DNA of 64,000 nucleotides from an uncultured Chloroflexia bacterium (GTDB lineage Bacteria; Chloroflexota; Dehalococcoidia; DSTF01; JALHUB01): NCBI GenBank assembly GCA_963703345.1, contig OY969814.1, positions 1,630,967 to 1,694,966 of the forward strand, read 5' to 3'. Shown piece by piece: positions 9,858 to 18,401 of this stretch (position 1 is its first letter; each line of letters starts with the position of its first letter). The notes under the pieces were generated by a model. It saw only the letters and a program-made list of their open reading frames with translations, ran no database searches and was not told where the DNA came from. The position numbers and the translations under genes were made by a program.

Positions 9858-10766
9858 ATGACAACTGAGCAGTTAGACGAAATGAACTTGATGCAGCTAA
9901 TCGAGGACTTCGGTAGCGAAGAGAAATGCCGCGAGGTTCTAGAAGAACTTCGCTGGCCGGACGGCGTGCGTTGCCCGCGTTGTCAGTCTGACAAGATTTC
10001 CCGCATCCGGGGTCGTGGCCAGTTTGATTGTGACTCATGCCGCTACCAGTTCTCCGTTACCGCTGGCACTATCTTTCACGACTCCCATCTGCCGCTTCGC
10101 AAATGGTTCGTCGCCGTCTACCTGATTTCTGAATCTAAGAAGGGCATCTCCTCGAACCAACTGAAGCGCATCTTGGGCACGACGTATAAGACGGCCTGGT
10201 ATCTGACGCACCGGATTCGCGCCGCTATGAGCGACGGGCAAGCGCCGCTGCTTAAGGGCATCGTTGAAGTAGATGAGACCTATATCGGCGCTAGGGTTCG
10301 CGGGAAGGGACGCGGGTATATCGGCAACAAGACGATGGTACTCGGCGCTGTTGAACGGGGTGGCGAAATCCGACTCCGCATCGGCAAGAACACCTCCGCG
10401 AAGACATTCCACCGCTTTATTCGCGACACGGTTGATGACGACGCCGAAGCCATCTACACCGACCAACACCAGTCCTACATGGGCATCGATGACAGCAACA
10501 CGCGGCATGAGACGGTCAACCACAACCTTGATGAGTGGGTCCGCGGTGACGTTCACACCAACACCGTAGAGGGCGTCTGGTCGCTCCTGAAGCGCTCTAT
10601 CGTCGGTTCCTATCACCATCTCAGCGTCCAACATCTTCCCGCCTACCTTGACGAAATCACGTTCCGCTTCAACAACCGCAACAACCCGTACCTTTTCCGC
10701 GATACACTCCTCAAGCTCATTGGGGCTGAGAATCTGCGGTACTCGGAGTTGACGGCTCGCTCATGA
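9858..10766 (+). CDS. IS1595/ISXO2-like DDE transposase with N-terminal zinc-ribbon
   Basis: CPRCQS...CDSCRYQFSVTAGTIF zinc ribbon followed by a DDE_Tnp_IS1595-like core (VEVDETYIG...YTDQHQSY...NTVEG). GGAGA RBS 8 nt upstream of the ATG. Confidence 0.8.
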   Translation: MTTEQLDEMNLMQLIEDFGSEEKCREVLEELRWPDGVRCPRCQSDKISRIRGRGQFDCDSCRYQFSVTAGTIFHDSHLPLRKWFVAVYLISESKKGISSNQLKRILGTTYKTAWYLTHRIRAAMSDGQAPLLKGIVEVDETYIGARVRGKGRGYIGNKTMVLGAVERGGEIRLRIGKNTSAKTFHRFIRDTVDDDAEAIYTDQHQSYMGIDDSNTRHETVNHNLDEWVRGDVHTNTVEGVWSLLKRSIVGSYHHLSVQHLPAYLDEITFRFNNRNNPYLFRDTLLKLIGAENLRYSELTARS

Positions 10767-11327
10767 AGGTACAATTACCTCGGTCGAATATGGTGGGGAA
10801 CTTCCTCCGTCCCAAATCAGACTGACCGTAAGTATCCACGTTCCCGGCCTCAACGACCAACTTCGCCTGACTTCACCGAAATGCAAAAACTCGGCGCCGG
10901 TCACATAGTACCCTCGTGCAAGCGGTTGGCCCCTCAGCACCGGATGGGAAATGCTCCCGTCCGCGTCCAAATAGACATGTACATTAACCGGCTTGTCAGC
11001 GAAAAGAGGCATGATTGGTTTGCTGGTCGGGCCGTCAGTTATAAGCGCATCGCACTCAATGATGTCGCGTTCACCCGATGCGCGTTCAAATCGAATAGTA
11101 GCGCGACAGTCAACGGTGCGAGGCTTGATCCGTTTTCCAAACCAAATTGCATGGGACTGATTTTCACACCTGACGTTATGCAGTTGATGATAAGCGGCGC
11201 GTCTGTCAGTTGAATCGGCCCAAAGTGGCCCGAGGACAATGTGCGGATCGCGGTTCATGCCCAACTTTCCCCCAAGCCGCTTGAGCACCGCGATTGCAGC
11301 CGATTGGAGCACGTCGCCGAAAGGCAT
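10761..11327 (-). CDS. Passenger ORF of unknown function inside the IS, convergent with and 6 nt overlapping the transposase
   Basis: 188-aa ORF entirely within the IR-bounded element, in the low-GC segment. No recognisable motifs. Confidence 0.4.
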   Translation of the reverse strand: MPFGDVLQSAAIAVLKRLGGKLGMNRDPHIVLGPLWADSTDRRAAYHQLHNVRCENQSHAIWFGKRIKPRTVDCRATIRFERASGERDIIECDALITDGPTSKPIMPLFADKPVNVHVYLDADGSISHPVLRGQPLARGYYVTGAEFLHFGEVRRSWSLRPGTWILTVSLIWDGGSSPPYSTEVIVPS

Positions 11328-11694
11328 GCCCCTACTGTACCACGCGCCGCCCTTGCGTCAAGTGTACAATTGCCGTTGAAACCCTCAGCCTTCGCCAATC
11401 AACGCTTCTGCATTGTCCAGGAGAAATGAGCGCGGTCTCGCGCGTGTCAGCGGTTGCCGCGGAGGAGAATGCAGAGAGGGATTTACCCTCTCTGCCGGGG
11501 TTCAAGGGGTGTCCCCTTGATTCTGGGAAACGCCATGAGGGTGGGCGGGTGGGAAGAGAAACGCCGATGTTGCGTTGACCACCCCGACGTCGCTACGCCA
11601 TCAGACGCCCGTTGGAGAAAAGGCGAGGAGCCGACCGAAGGAATCAGTGCTTCCACTGCGTCTCTGCAGCGTTTCCCCAGCGTCGGCGCGGGCG

Positions 11695-12285
11695 CTAGAG
11701 CGTCCCCTTTGTGCTGGGCACTTCGTTGCCGAGGCGCGGGTCGAGGCGCGTGGCCGCTCCGAGGGCGCGGGCAAGAGCCTTGAAGACGGCCTCGGCTTTG
11801 TGGTGATCGCTGGCGCCGGCAAGCGTGCGGGCGTGAAGCGTCATCTGGCTCTCGGTGGCAATCGACCAGAGCATGTGGCCGATGAGGTCGGTCGGAAGCT
11901 CACCCACCTTCTCTCCCGTCCATGACAGATCCAGCGCCGCGTAGCCGCGTCCGCTGAGGTCGACGGCGACGAGCGCCAGCGCCTCGTCGAGGGGCACGAC
12001 GGCGTGGCCGAAGCGCACGATGCCCTCGCGCTTGCCAAGCGCCTTCTTCAGGGCGCGGCCGAGACAGATCGCAACGTCTTCCGCCGTGTGGTGCGGGTCG
12101 ATCTGGAGATCGCCCCGCGCTTGTATCGTTATGTCAATTCGACCGTGACGCGCGATCTGCTCCAGGAGATGGTCGAGCATGCCGACGCCGGTCTCGATGG
12201 CGGCGCGGCCGCTGCCGTCGAGGTCAACTTCGACGGAGACCCGCGTCTCTTTGGTCTCGCGCTCTTCTTTACCGCGACGTTCCAC
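11695..12285 (-). CDS. hisB: Imidazoleglycerol-phosphate dehydratase (monofunctional; no fused phosphatase domain)
   Basis: ETKETRVSVEVDLDG...DPHHTAED...GHMLWSIA motifs; 196 aa. Confidence 0.85.
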   Translation of the reverse strand: MERRGKEERETKETRVSVEVDLDGSGRAAIETGVGMLDHLLEQIARHGRIDITIQARGDLQIDPHHTAEDVAICLGRALKKALGKREGIVRFGHAVVPLDEALALVAVDLSGRGYAALDLSWTGEKVGELPTDLIGHMLWSIATESQMTLHARTLAGASDHHKAEAVFKALARALGAATRLDPRLGNEVPSTKGTL

Positions 12286-13393
12286 GGCTCCCTCCTATCT
12301 CTTTCAGCGCGTCGATAAGGGCGCGACGGTGCTCCGGCAGGCCGACGCTTATGCGCAGGCAGTTGCAGAGCGAAGGCGCGTCGGGGCGGCGCACCATGAT
12401 GCCCCGCCGTCGCAGCTCTTCCTGGAGCGCGCCGACGTCGATGCCGTCGATCCGGCAAAGGATGAAGTTGGCCTGCGAAGGCATCGGCTCCAGGTAGGGG
12501 ACGCCGGCCAGGGCACGGAACAGCTCTTCCCGTTCCGCCACCAGCAGGCGAACGCGCTCCCGCAGCACGCCGGCGTCCTCCAGCGAGGCGAGCATGGCCG
12601 CCTGCGCGGCGACGTTCAGGTTGTACGGCTGCTTGATCTTGAAGATGACCTCGGCGACGGACGGCGGGAAGATGCCAAAGCCGACGCGCAGCCCGGCGAG
12701 GCCGGCCCACTTGCTGAAGGTGCGCAGGACGATGAGGTTGGCTCCCTCCGCAACGCGGTCGGCGAAGCTGCGGCCGGCGAACTCGACGTAGGCTTCGTCG
12801 AGGACGACGACAAGGCCGGTGGTGAGCAGGGCGTCGAGGTCCGCCTCGGAGATGACGTTGCCGGTCGGGTTGTTGGGCGAGGCGACGAAGATGACTTTCG
12901 CATCATTCGCGACAGCGCGAATCGCCGTCAGGTCAAGCGCGAAATCGTCGGAGCGACGCGGCACGTCTATCAGGCGCGCGCCGGCGACGTTCGTGAGGAA
13001 CGGGTACATTCCGAAGGTCGGCGGGCAGTTGACGACGGCGTCACCAGGTCGAAGGAAGGCGCGCAGCACGAGGTCCATTATCTCGTCGCTGCCGGTGCCG
13101 AAGACGATCTGCTCGAACGGGACGTCGAGGTAGCAGGATAGGGAGCGACGGGCCTGGCGCTGGAGCGGGTCGGGATAGATGTGGTAGTGGCGATAGCCGG
13201 CGAGCGCTTCCAGGGCCTTCGGCGACGGGCCGTAGGGGTTCTCGTTGCCGTCGAGCTTGACGATGCTTTCCGGCGGCAGGCCGAGGCGGCGCGCCAGCTC
13301 ATCGACAGGCTCGATGGCCTCGTAGCCGGGCATGGCAGCCAATTCAGGCCGAATGCTTTTGCTCAGGTCGCCTTCTTCACTCACGGTGCTCAC
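12269..13393 (-). CDS. hisC: Histidinol-phosphate aminotransferase
   Basis: LDGNENPYGP...PNNPTG...RTFSKWAGLAGLRVG (PLP-lysine motif). GTG start; could extend to 13438. Confidence 0.8.
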   Translation of the reverse strand: MSTVSEEGDLSKSIRPELAAMPGYEAIEPVDELARRLGLPPESIVKLDGNENPYGPSPKALEALAGYRHYHIYPDPLQRQARRSLSCYLDVPFEQIVFGTGSDEIMDLVLRAFLRPGDAVVNCPPTFGMYPFLTNVAGARLIDVPRRSDDFALDLTAIRAVANDAKVIFVASPNNPTGNVISEADLDALLTTGLVVVLDEAYVEFAGRSFADRVAEGANLIVLRTFSKWAGLAGLRVGFGIFPPSVAEVIFKIKQPYNLNVAAQAAMLASLEDAGVLRERVRLLVAEREELFRALAGVPYLEPMPSQANFILCRIDGIDVGALQEELRRRGIMVRRPDAPSLCNCLRISVGLPEHRRALIDALKEIGGSRGTSR

Positions 13394-13506
13394 TCTACAG
13401 GCGCTGAGGAAGACCGGCAAGCGAGACCTTCTCAGCATGCCGCCGCCGCCAAGACTGGAAAGTCGTGCCTACTGGCAGTTCTCGGCTACGCGGGTATCTA
13501 GAATGG

Positions 13507-14835
13507 CTAAGGCTTTTGTTTGTTGAGTCGCATCTCGATGGCGCGGGCGTGCGCGGTCAGACCTTCGGCGCGGGCGATAGCCGCCGCGGCCGGGCCGAGC
13601 GCGCGCAGGGCGTCTTCGCCGACATCGACGACGTTGGTTATCTTCAGGAAGTCTAGCACGTTGAGCGGCGAGGAGTAGCGCGCGCTGCCGCCGGTAGGCA
13701 TCACGTGGCTCGGGCCAGCCGTGTAGTCGCCCATAGCTTCCGGAGAGGACTCGCCGACGAACAGGCCGCCAGCGTTGCGGACGCCCTCGGCCCAGCGGGC
13801 GGCGTCGCGGACCAGCAGGCAGAGGTGCTCCGGCGCGAACTCGTTTGCCAGCGCCATCGCCTCGTCGAGGTCGGACGTGACGACGATGCCACCGTTCGCC
13901 AGCGCCACGCGGGCCACCGCCGAGCGCTCGATCTGCGCCAATTGCCGCTCCACCTCCTGGTCGACGGCCTTAGCCAGCGCAAGGGAAGGCGTCAGCAGGA
14001 TCGGGCGGGCGAGCTCGTCGTGCTCAGCCTGGGCGAGGAGATCGGCGGCGCAGAGCGCGGCGTCGGCGGACTCGTCGCCGATGACCACCGTCTCGGTCGG
14101 GCCGTACATCGCGTCGATGCCGACGCTGCCGAAGAGCTGCTGCTTGGCGAGGGTGACGAAGAGGTTGCCGGGACCGCAAATCTTGTCGACTCTCGGGATG
14201 GTCTGCGTGCCGAAGGCCAGCGCGGCCACGGCCTGAGCACCGCCGGCGCAGAAGACGGCATCGACGCCGGCGATTTCGGCGGCGATGAGCTTCAGCGGCG
14301 AGACGCGGCCGTCGGGGCTGGCCGGCGTGGCCACGTGGACGCTGGGAACGCCAGCGACTTTGGCGGGAATGACTGTCATGAGGATCGACGACGGGTAGAC
14401 GATGGCGCTGCCGGCCGCGTACATGCCCACGCGCTCGATGGGGCGCACGCGCATGCCGAGACCGTCCTGCAGGAAGCTACGCTGGGTGTGCTGCAGTTGC
14501 AGCTCGTGGAAGGAGCGGATGCGGGCGGCGGCGAAGCGCAGGCGCTCGACGAGGGCGGAGTCGACCTCTCGGTAGGCTGCCTGGGCCTGCTCGGGCGGGA
14601 CCCGGAGCGGCGGCGACGCCACGCCGTCGAAGGCCTCGCCGTAGCGGAGGACGGCGGCATCGCCTTGGGCACGTACGTCGGCGATGATGCGCGCCACGGC
14701 CTCAGCGGGCGAGAGATCGGCGCCGAAGACGCGACCCGTCATCTCGCGGACGTGCTCCGGCACCTCCATCTCGGACAGGGGGCGCCGGAGCAGGACTGTC
14801 TTGCGTCCTTCTTCCGCGCCTTCGACGATCCTCAT
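13507..14835 (-). CDS. hisD: Histidinol dehydrogenase
   Basis: CGPGNLFVT...AEHDELA...GDYTAGPSHVMPTGG motifs; 442 aa. Confidence 0.85.
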   Translation of the reverse strand: MRIVEGAEEGRKTVLLRRPLSEMEVPEHVREMTGRVFGADLSPAEAVARIIADVRAQGDAAVLRYGEAFDGVASPPLRVPPEQAQAAYREVDSALVERLRFAAARIRSFHELQLQHTQRSFLQDGLGMRVRPIERVGMYAAGSAIVYPSSILMTVIPAKVAGVPSVHVATPASPDGRVSPLKLIAAEIAGVDAVFCAGGAQAVAALAFGTQTIPRVDKICGPGNLFVTLAKQQLFGSVGIDAMYGPTETVVIGDESADAALCAADLLAQAEHDELARPILLTPSLALAKAVDQEVERQLAQIERSAVARVALANGGIVVTSDLDEAMALANEFAPEHLCLLVRDAARWAEGVRNAGGLFVGESSPEAMGDYTAGPSHVMPTGGSARYSSPLNVLDFLKITNVVDVGEDALRALGPAAAAIARAEGLTAHARAIEMRLNKQKP

Positions 14836-15584
14836 CGCAGGTACTCCTCAAGAGCGCTCAGGGCAAGCGCCCGCGCTTTCTCCACGAACGCCTCCCGTTG
14901 CTGCGGACTCACGTGCTGTCGCGCCTCCTCCACGAGTTGCGGCAGGGTCTTCATGAACTCCTCGACCTCTTCGGGCGTGGAGACGCCGACGAGGCCGAGA
15001 AAGCGGCTGGCCGTCTTCGGGAAGCGGCCCCAGGTCGGCGGCAGGGACGCCGTCATGACGGCGAGATCGTGCCAGCGACTGATCAGCTCCGGCACCACGA
15101 AATCGACATCGACGGCGTGCGGGCTGGCGACAAGGGCGTCCCGTATCTCGTCCATCGCCGCTCGGTCCCGCCGTCGCTGGAGGTCCATCTCGTACTGAAG
15201 GACGCGGTCCAGGACGTTGGCCCGCGCGCTTCCTCCGAGCGTCGAGTCGGGGCCGAAGAACGGCCGGTAGATGTCGGTTATCCATACTACGTCCATGACG
15301 AGATGGGTCAAGTAGCCCGATACGAACGCCGCCGTGGAGTCGCCGAGCTTCCAGGCGTCCCTGAGGTCGCGGTGAGAGCGGAAGAACGACTCCACGCTGT
15401 CCTGCTCGTCAAGGCAGTCCAGGTCGAAGTAGTGCGACGAGATGCGCCTCTCGCGCGAGAGGACGTGCATGTCCGGGCCGGTCGAGCCGAGGTAGTAGGC
15501 GCCCCTGTCCGCGTCGATTAGCGTGTTCTCGAGGGCGTTTGCCAGGTCGCGCGCGACCGACATGTGGAATGCGAGATGCGGCAA
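14832..15584 (-). CDS. Metal-dependent hydrolase-like protein, translationally coupled between hisD and hisG. The His/Asp-rich N-terminus resembles zinc-dependent phospholipase C / S1-P1-type phosphoesterases.
   Basis: MPHLAFHMSVA..., GSTGPDMH, SHYFDLD, THLVMD His/Asp clusters. 4-nt overlaps with both neighbours. The family call is tentative. Confidence 0.45.
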   Translation of the reverse strand: MPHLAFHMSVARDLANALENTLIDADRGAYYLGSTGPDMHVLSRERRISSHYFDLDCLDEQDSVESFFRSHRDLRDAWKLGDSTAAFVSGYLTHLVMDVVWITDIYRPFFGPDSTLGGSARANVLDRVLQYEMDLQRRRDRAAMDEIRDALVASPHAVDVDFVVPELISRWHDLAVMTASLPPTWGRFPKTASRFLGLVGVSTPEEVEEFMKTLPQLVEEARQHVSPQQREAFVEKARALALSALEEYLR

Positions 15585-15586
15585 AG

Positions 15587-16993
15587 CTACGCCCTCCTGA
15601 ACAGCCCGAGAACGTGCTCCAGCAGCGGCCGCTTCTTCTCGTCGACGGGGCGGCTAGAAGCGATGACGCAGGCGGTCGACTCCATGAGCGCTTCTACGAC
15701 CTTCAGCCGGTTGGCGGCAAGGGTTGCGCCGGTCTCCGTCCCCTCGATGAGCAGCTCGGCGTCTTCGGGGACGAAGCCCTCAGACGCACCGCCGATCGGG
15801 ATGACTTTGTAGCGCGGCAGGTGGTGGTTGCGCGCGCAATCGTCGGCGATGTTGGCGTATTCGGAAGCGACTCGGACTGTCTTCTTGCCTTCGTCCCGCC
15901 AGAGAGCGACCGCTTCATCGATGCTGGCGGCGGGAAGCTCTTCGGAGACCACGGCGGCGACGCTGTAACGCCCGAGACCCAGGTTGACCGCCTCCGCGAC
16001 GGGACTGCCTGGAAAGCGGCAGAGGTGGTCGAAGAGCCAGTCGCGGCCGGCGATGGCGAGGTCGAAGTGGCCCAGGGCGACCTGCTGCGGCATGTCCTGC
16101 GGCCGGACGACCTTGGCGACGAGACCCGGAAGCTCGGACCGCGGCCGGGCAACGTACTCGTCGACGCCGTAGCCGTGGAAGCGCAGGCCGGTAGCCTCCA
16201 GGGCGGCGACGGCGTGCTTCAGTTGGTGGCCGTCGGGCAGGGCGATGCGAACATTGCCGTTGGCAGCGGAGCCGGGCTCTTCGCGGGGACGGCGAGATGA
16301 CCTGGCCGACGCCAGCGGCAGCAGCAGCGAGGGACGGCCGTTGCCTTCCCTTCCGGCGGCGAGCGGCGAGTCGAGCAGCGTGCGCAGGTCCTTCTCGGCG
16401 AGGCTGCGTCGGTTGGCGATCAGCCAGACGGAGCTGTCGAGGAGCTTGTGTAGCGGAGTGAGGCCGCGTCTGCGCACCTGGTCGGCGTCCTTGGCCGAGA
16501 TGAGCGCGAGGTCGGCGTCTTCGGGCGGGTAGACTTCGGCGGCGCCCCAGACGGGGAAGATGCGATAGGAGGAGAGCCGGAGGCCCATGGCGAAGGCTTC
16601 TGCTATGTTCGCGTATTCGCTGACGATGCGCAGCCCACTGATCGCGGCCCAGTCGCGCACGTCGCCGTCGCGGCCGGCGGCAGCGGCGACGAACAGGGAG
16701 CGGCGGCCGACGTCGAGGTCGCGCAGCGGCACGATGGCGTTCCTCGGGTAGCGTTGCGCCAGGTCTTCCACCCATTCCAGGCGGCAGATGCCGAAATCGT
16801 AGTTGCCGAGGGCGATCTGGATGGGGATGTCCTTCTCTCGGAAGACGCGCATCTGAATGCCGCCGTTGCTCTCGGGACCGAGAATGTAGGAGCGAGAGAC
16901 GCCGGTGTACTCGCGGACGTCGAAGCCGGCAGCGGAAAGCGCGGCGCCGACGGGCTCGCGGAGATCGCCTGTGGGCAGGGCCAGCCTGATCAT
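15587..16993 (-). CDS. hisG: ATP phosphoribosyltransferase with two tandem HisG catalytic repeats in one 468-aa ORF
   Basis: First repeat: MIRLALPTGDL...IALGNYDFGICRLEW...RIVSEYANIAEAF. Second repeat: VRIALPDGHQL...VALGHFDLAIAGRDWL...RVASEYANIADD...EGTETGATLAANRLK. No in-frame stop between the two. Confidence 0.7.
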   Translation of the reverse strand: MIRLALPTGDLREPVGAALSAAGFDVREYTGVSRSYILGPESNGGIQMRVFREKDIPIQIALGNYDFGICRLEWVEDLAQRYPRNAIVPLRDLDVGRRSLFVAAAAGRDGDVRDWAAISGLRIVSEYANIAEAFAMGLRLSSYRIFPVWGAAEVYPPEDADLALISAKDADQVRRRGLTPLHKLLDSSVWLIANRRSLAEKDLRTLLDSPLAAGREGNGRPSLLLPLASARSSRRPREEPGSAANGNVRIALPDGHQLKHAVAALEATGLRFHGYGVDEYVARPRSELPGLVAKVVRPQDMPQQVALGHFDLAIAGRDWLFDHLCRFPGSPVAEAVNLGLGRYSVAAVVSEELPAASIDEAVALWRDEGKKTVRVASEYANIADDCARNHHLPRYKVIPIGGASEGFVPEDAELLIEGTETGATLAANRLKVVEALMESTACVIASSRPVDEKKRPLLEHVLGLFRRA

Positions 16994-18252
16994 GGCGCGG
17001 CCACCTCCAGCGCCGACAGCGCGCCCTCAAGGGTATCGAAGGTCGTGTCCACCGTGTCTTCGCCGCGGAGGGTGTAGACGAAGGCGTCGTTCCGGCGCTC
17101 GACGGCCAGGACGCGCCGACCGGCCGTCAACGCTGCGCCCTTGAGAGCGATGGCGACGGGGTGTCCGAAGGCGCGCAGTCGCTGGGCGGCGGCGAATGCT
17201 TCGGCGAGAGCGACAGAGTCGTCGCCGTCCGTCTCGACAATCCACGTCTCCGACTCCTCGTCCGCAGCCGGTGAGCGCTGAAGGTGCGAAACGATCTCGC
17301 TCAGAGACAGGGCAAAACCGGACGCGGGCACGCCCCGGTCGCCAACGAGGGCGACCAGTTGATCGTAGCGGCCGCCGCTTCCCATGCGACAGCCGGCGGC
17401 GCGGAACTCGAAGACGGGGCCGGTGTAGTACTCGAAGTTGCGGACGAGCGTCGTCTGGATCTCGTGCGGGCAGCCGAGGCGGTCGAGCGTGGCGCTGACC
17501 GTCGTGAGCTCGCGCAAGGCGTCCGCGACTGCGGGGACCGCCGCGCCGAAGGCATCGCGGAGGCCGCGCAGGTAGGCTTCGGCGCCGCCCTTTACGTCGA
17601 ACAGGAGGTGGAGCGGCGCGCGGAGCTGCGGCAGGCGGGCTTCGATCTCCTCCAGGACCGTCAGGTCGCCGTCTAGCAGACGGTCGTAGCGCAGCGCCTG
17701 CTCTTCGGGTTCGAGGCCGGTTTCCGCGAGGACGGCGCGCACGAGGCCGGCGTGCGAGAGGCCGACTTCGACGTCGCGCAGGCCAAGGCTCTCCAGCACC
17801 GCCTTGCCGAGGAGGATGAGCTCCACGTCGCCGGTCGGGCTCGGGTTTCCGATAAGCTCGACGCCGCATTGCCAGTCCTCGCGGGACTCGTCGCCGGCGG
17901 CGAAGCGGAAGACGTTCTGGACGTAGAAGAAACGGGCGGGCGCTCCGGGCGGCAGGCTCTCGACGTAGAGACGAGCAGCGGGAATGGTGGCGTCGGGCCG
18001 GAGGACAACGCGCTCGCCGCTCCAGCCGTCCCAGTCGAGGAAGGAGTAGACGCGTCCGAGCATCTGCGGCGAGAGCGTGCCGGCGGCAGTGAAGAGATGC
18101 AGGTACTCGATCGTCGGCGTGCGGACCTCGGAATAGCCCCAGGAGGCGCAAACGCGGGCGAAGTCCTCTTCGACGCGTCGGTAGAGGCGCATCTCCTCGG
18201 GCAGCAGGTCGCGCATGCCGGGACAGCGGAGGGAACCGTTTTCTTCGGGCAT
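16990..18252 (-). CDS. hisZ: ATP phosphoribosyltransferase regulatory subunit HisZ (HisRS paralogue)
   Basis: GMRDLLPEE...class II aaRS-like core, lacks an anticodon-binding domain, adjacent to hisG. Confidence 0.75.
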   Translation of the reverse strand: MPEENGSLRCPGMRDLLPEEMRLYRRVEEDFARVCASWGYSEVRTPTIEYLHLFTAAGTLSPQMLGRVYSFLDWDGWSGERVVLRPDATIPAARLYVESLPPGAPARFFYVQNVFRFAAGDESREDWQCGVELIGNPSPTGDVELILLGKAVLESLGLRDVEVGLSHAGLVRAVLAETGLEPEEQALRYDRLLDGDLTVLEEIEARLPQLRAPLHLLFDVKGGAEAYLRGLRDAFGAAVPAVADALRELTTVSATLDRLGCPHEIQTTLVRNFEYYTGPVFEFRAAGCRMGSGGRYDQLVALVGDRGVPASGFALSLSEIVSHLQRSPAADEESETWIVETDGDDSVALAEAFAAAQRLRAFGHPVAIALKGAALTAGRRVLAVERRNDAFVYTLRGEDTVDTTFDTLEGALSALEVAAP

Positions 18253-18401
18253 AGCACTCCAAGGCCGGCCGCTGGGCCCGCCTGTCGGTAGTCTACAATA
18301 GCGTTTTGCCGTGATTCAACTTGGCGCCATTCTTCCCGACGTTTGCGTTTCGCGAGCGTATAATGGTTTGCGTGAGGATTTCCAAGCTGACACGCATCGG
18401 C

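Larger units (their letters stand above)
9659..11374 (+). mobile_element. IS1595-family insertion sequence (1716 bp), with imperfect terminal IRs (ggtaattgtatac / ggcaattgtac) and an 8-bp target-site duplication gttgaaac at 9651-9658 and 11375-11382. Its GC (~52-55%) is clearly below the host's.
   Basis: Terminal inverted repeats and flanking direct repeat read directly. Carries an ISXO2/IS1595-type DDE transposase with an N-terminal zinc ribbon, plus one passenger ORF. Confidence 0.8.

Noticed and set aside
11383-11694. Possible tRNA or partial repeat copy (gcgcggtctcgcgcgtgtcagcgg) in the IS-hisB spacer
   Set aside because: No cloverleaf-compatible sequence with a CCA or T-loop. The similarity to the 58-bp repeat is limited to a GCGCGTGTC heptamer, which is expected by chance in a 68% GC genome.
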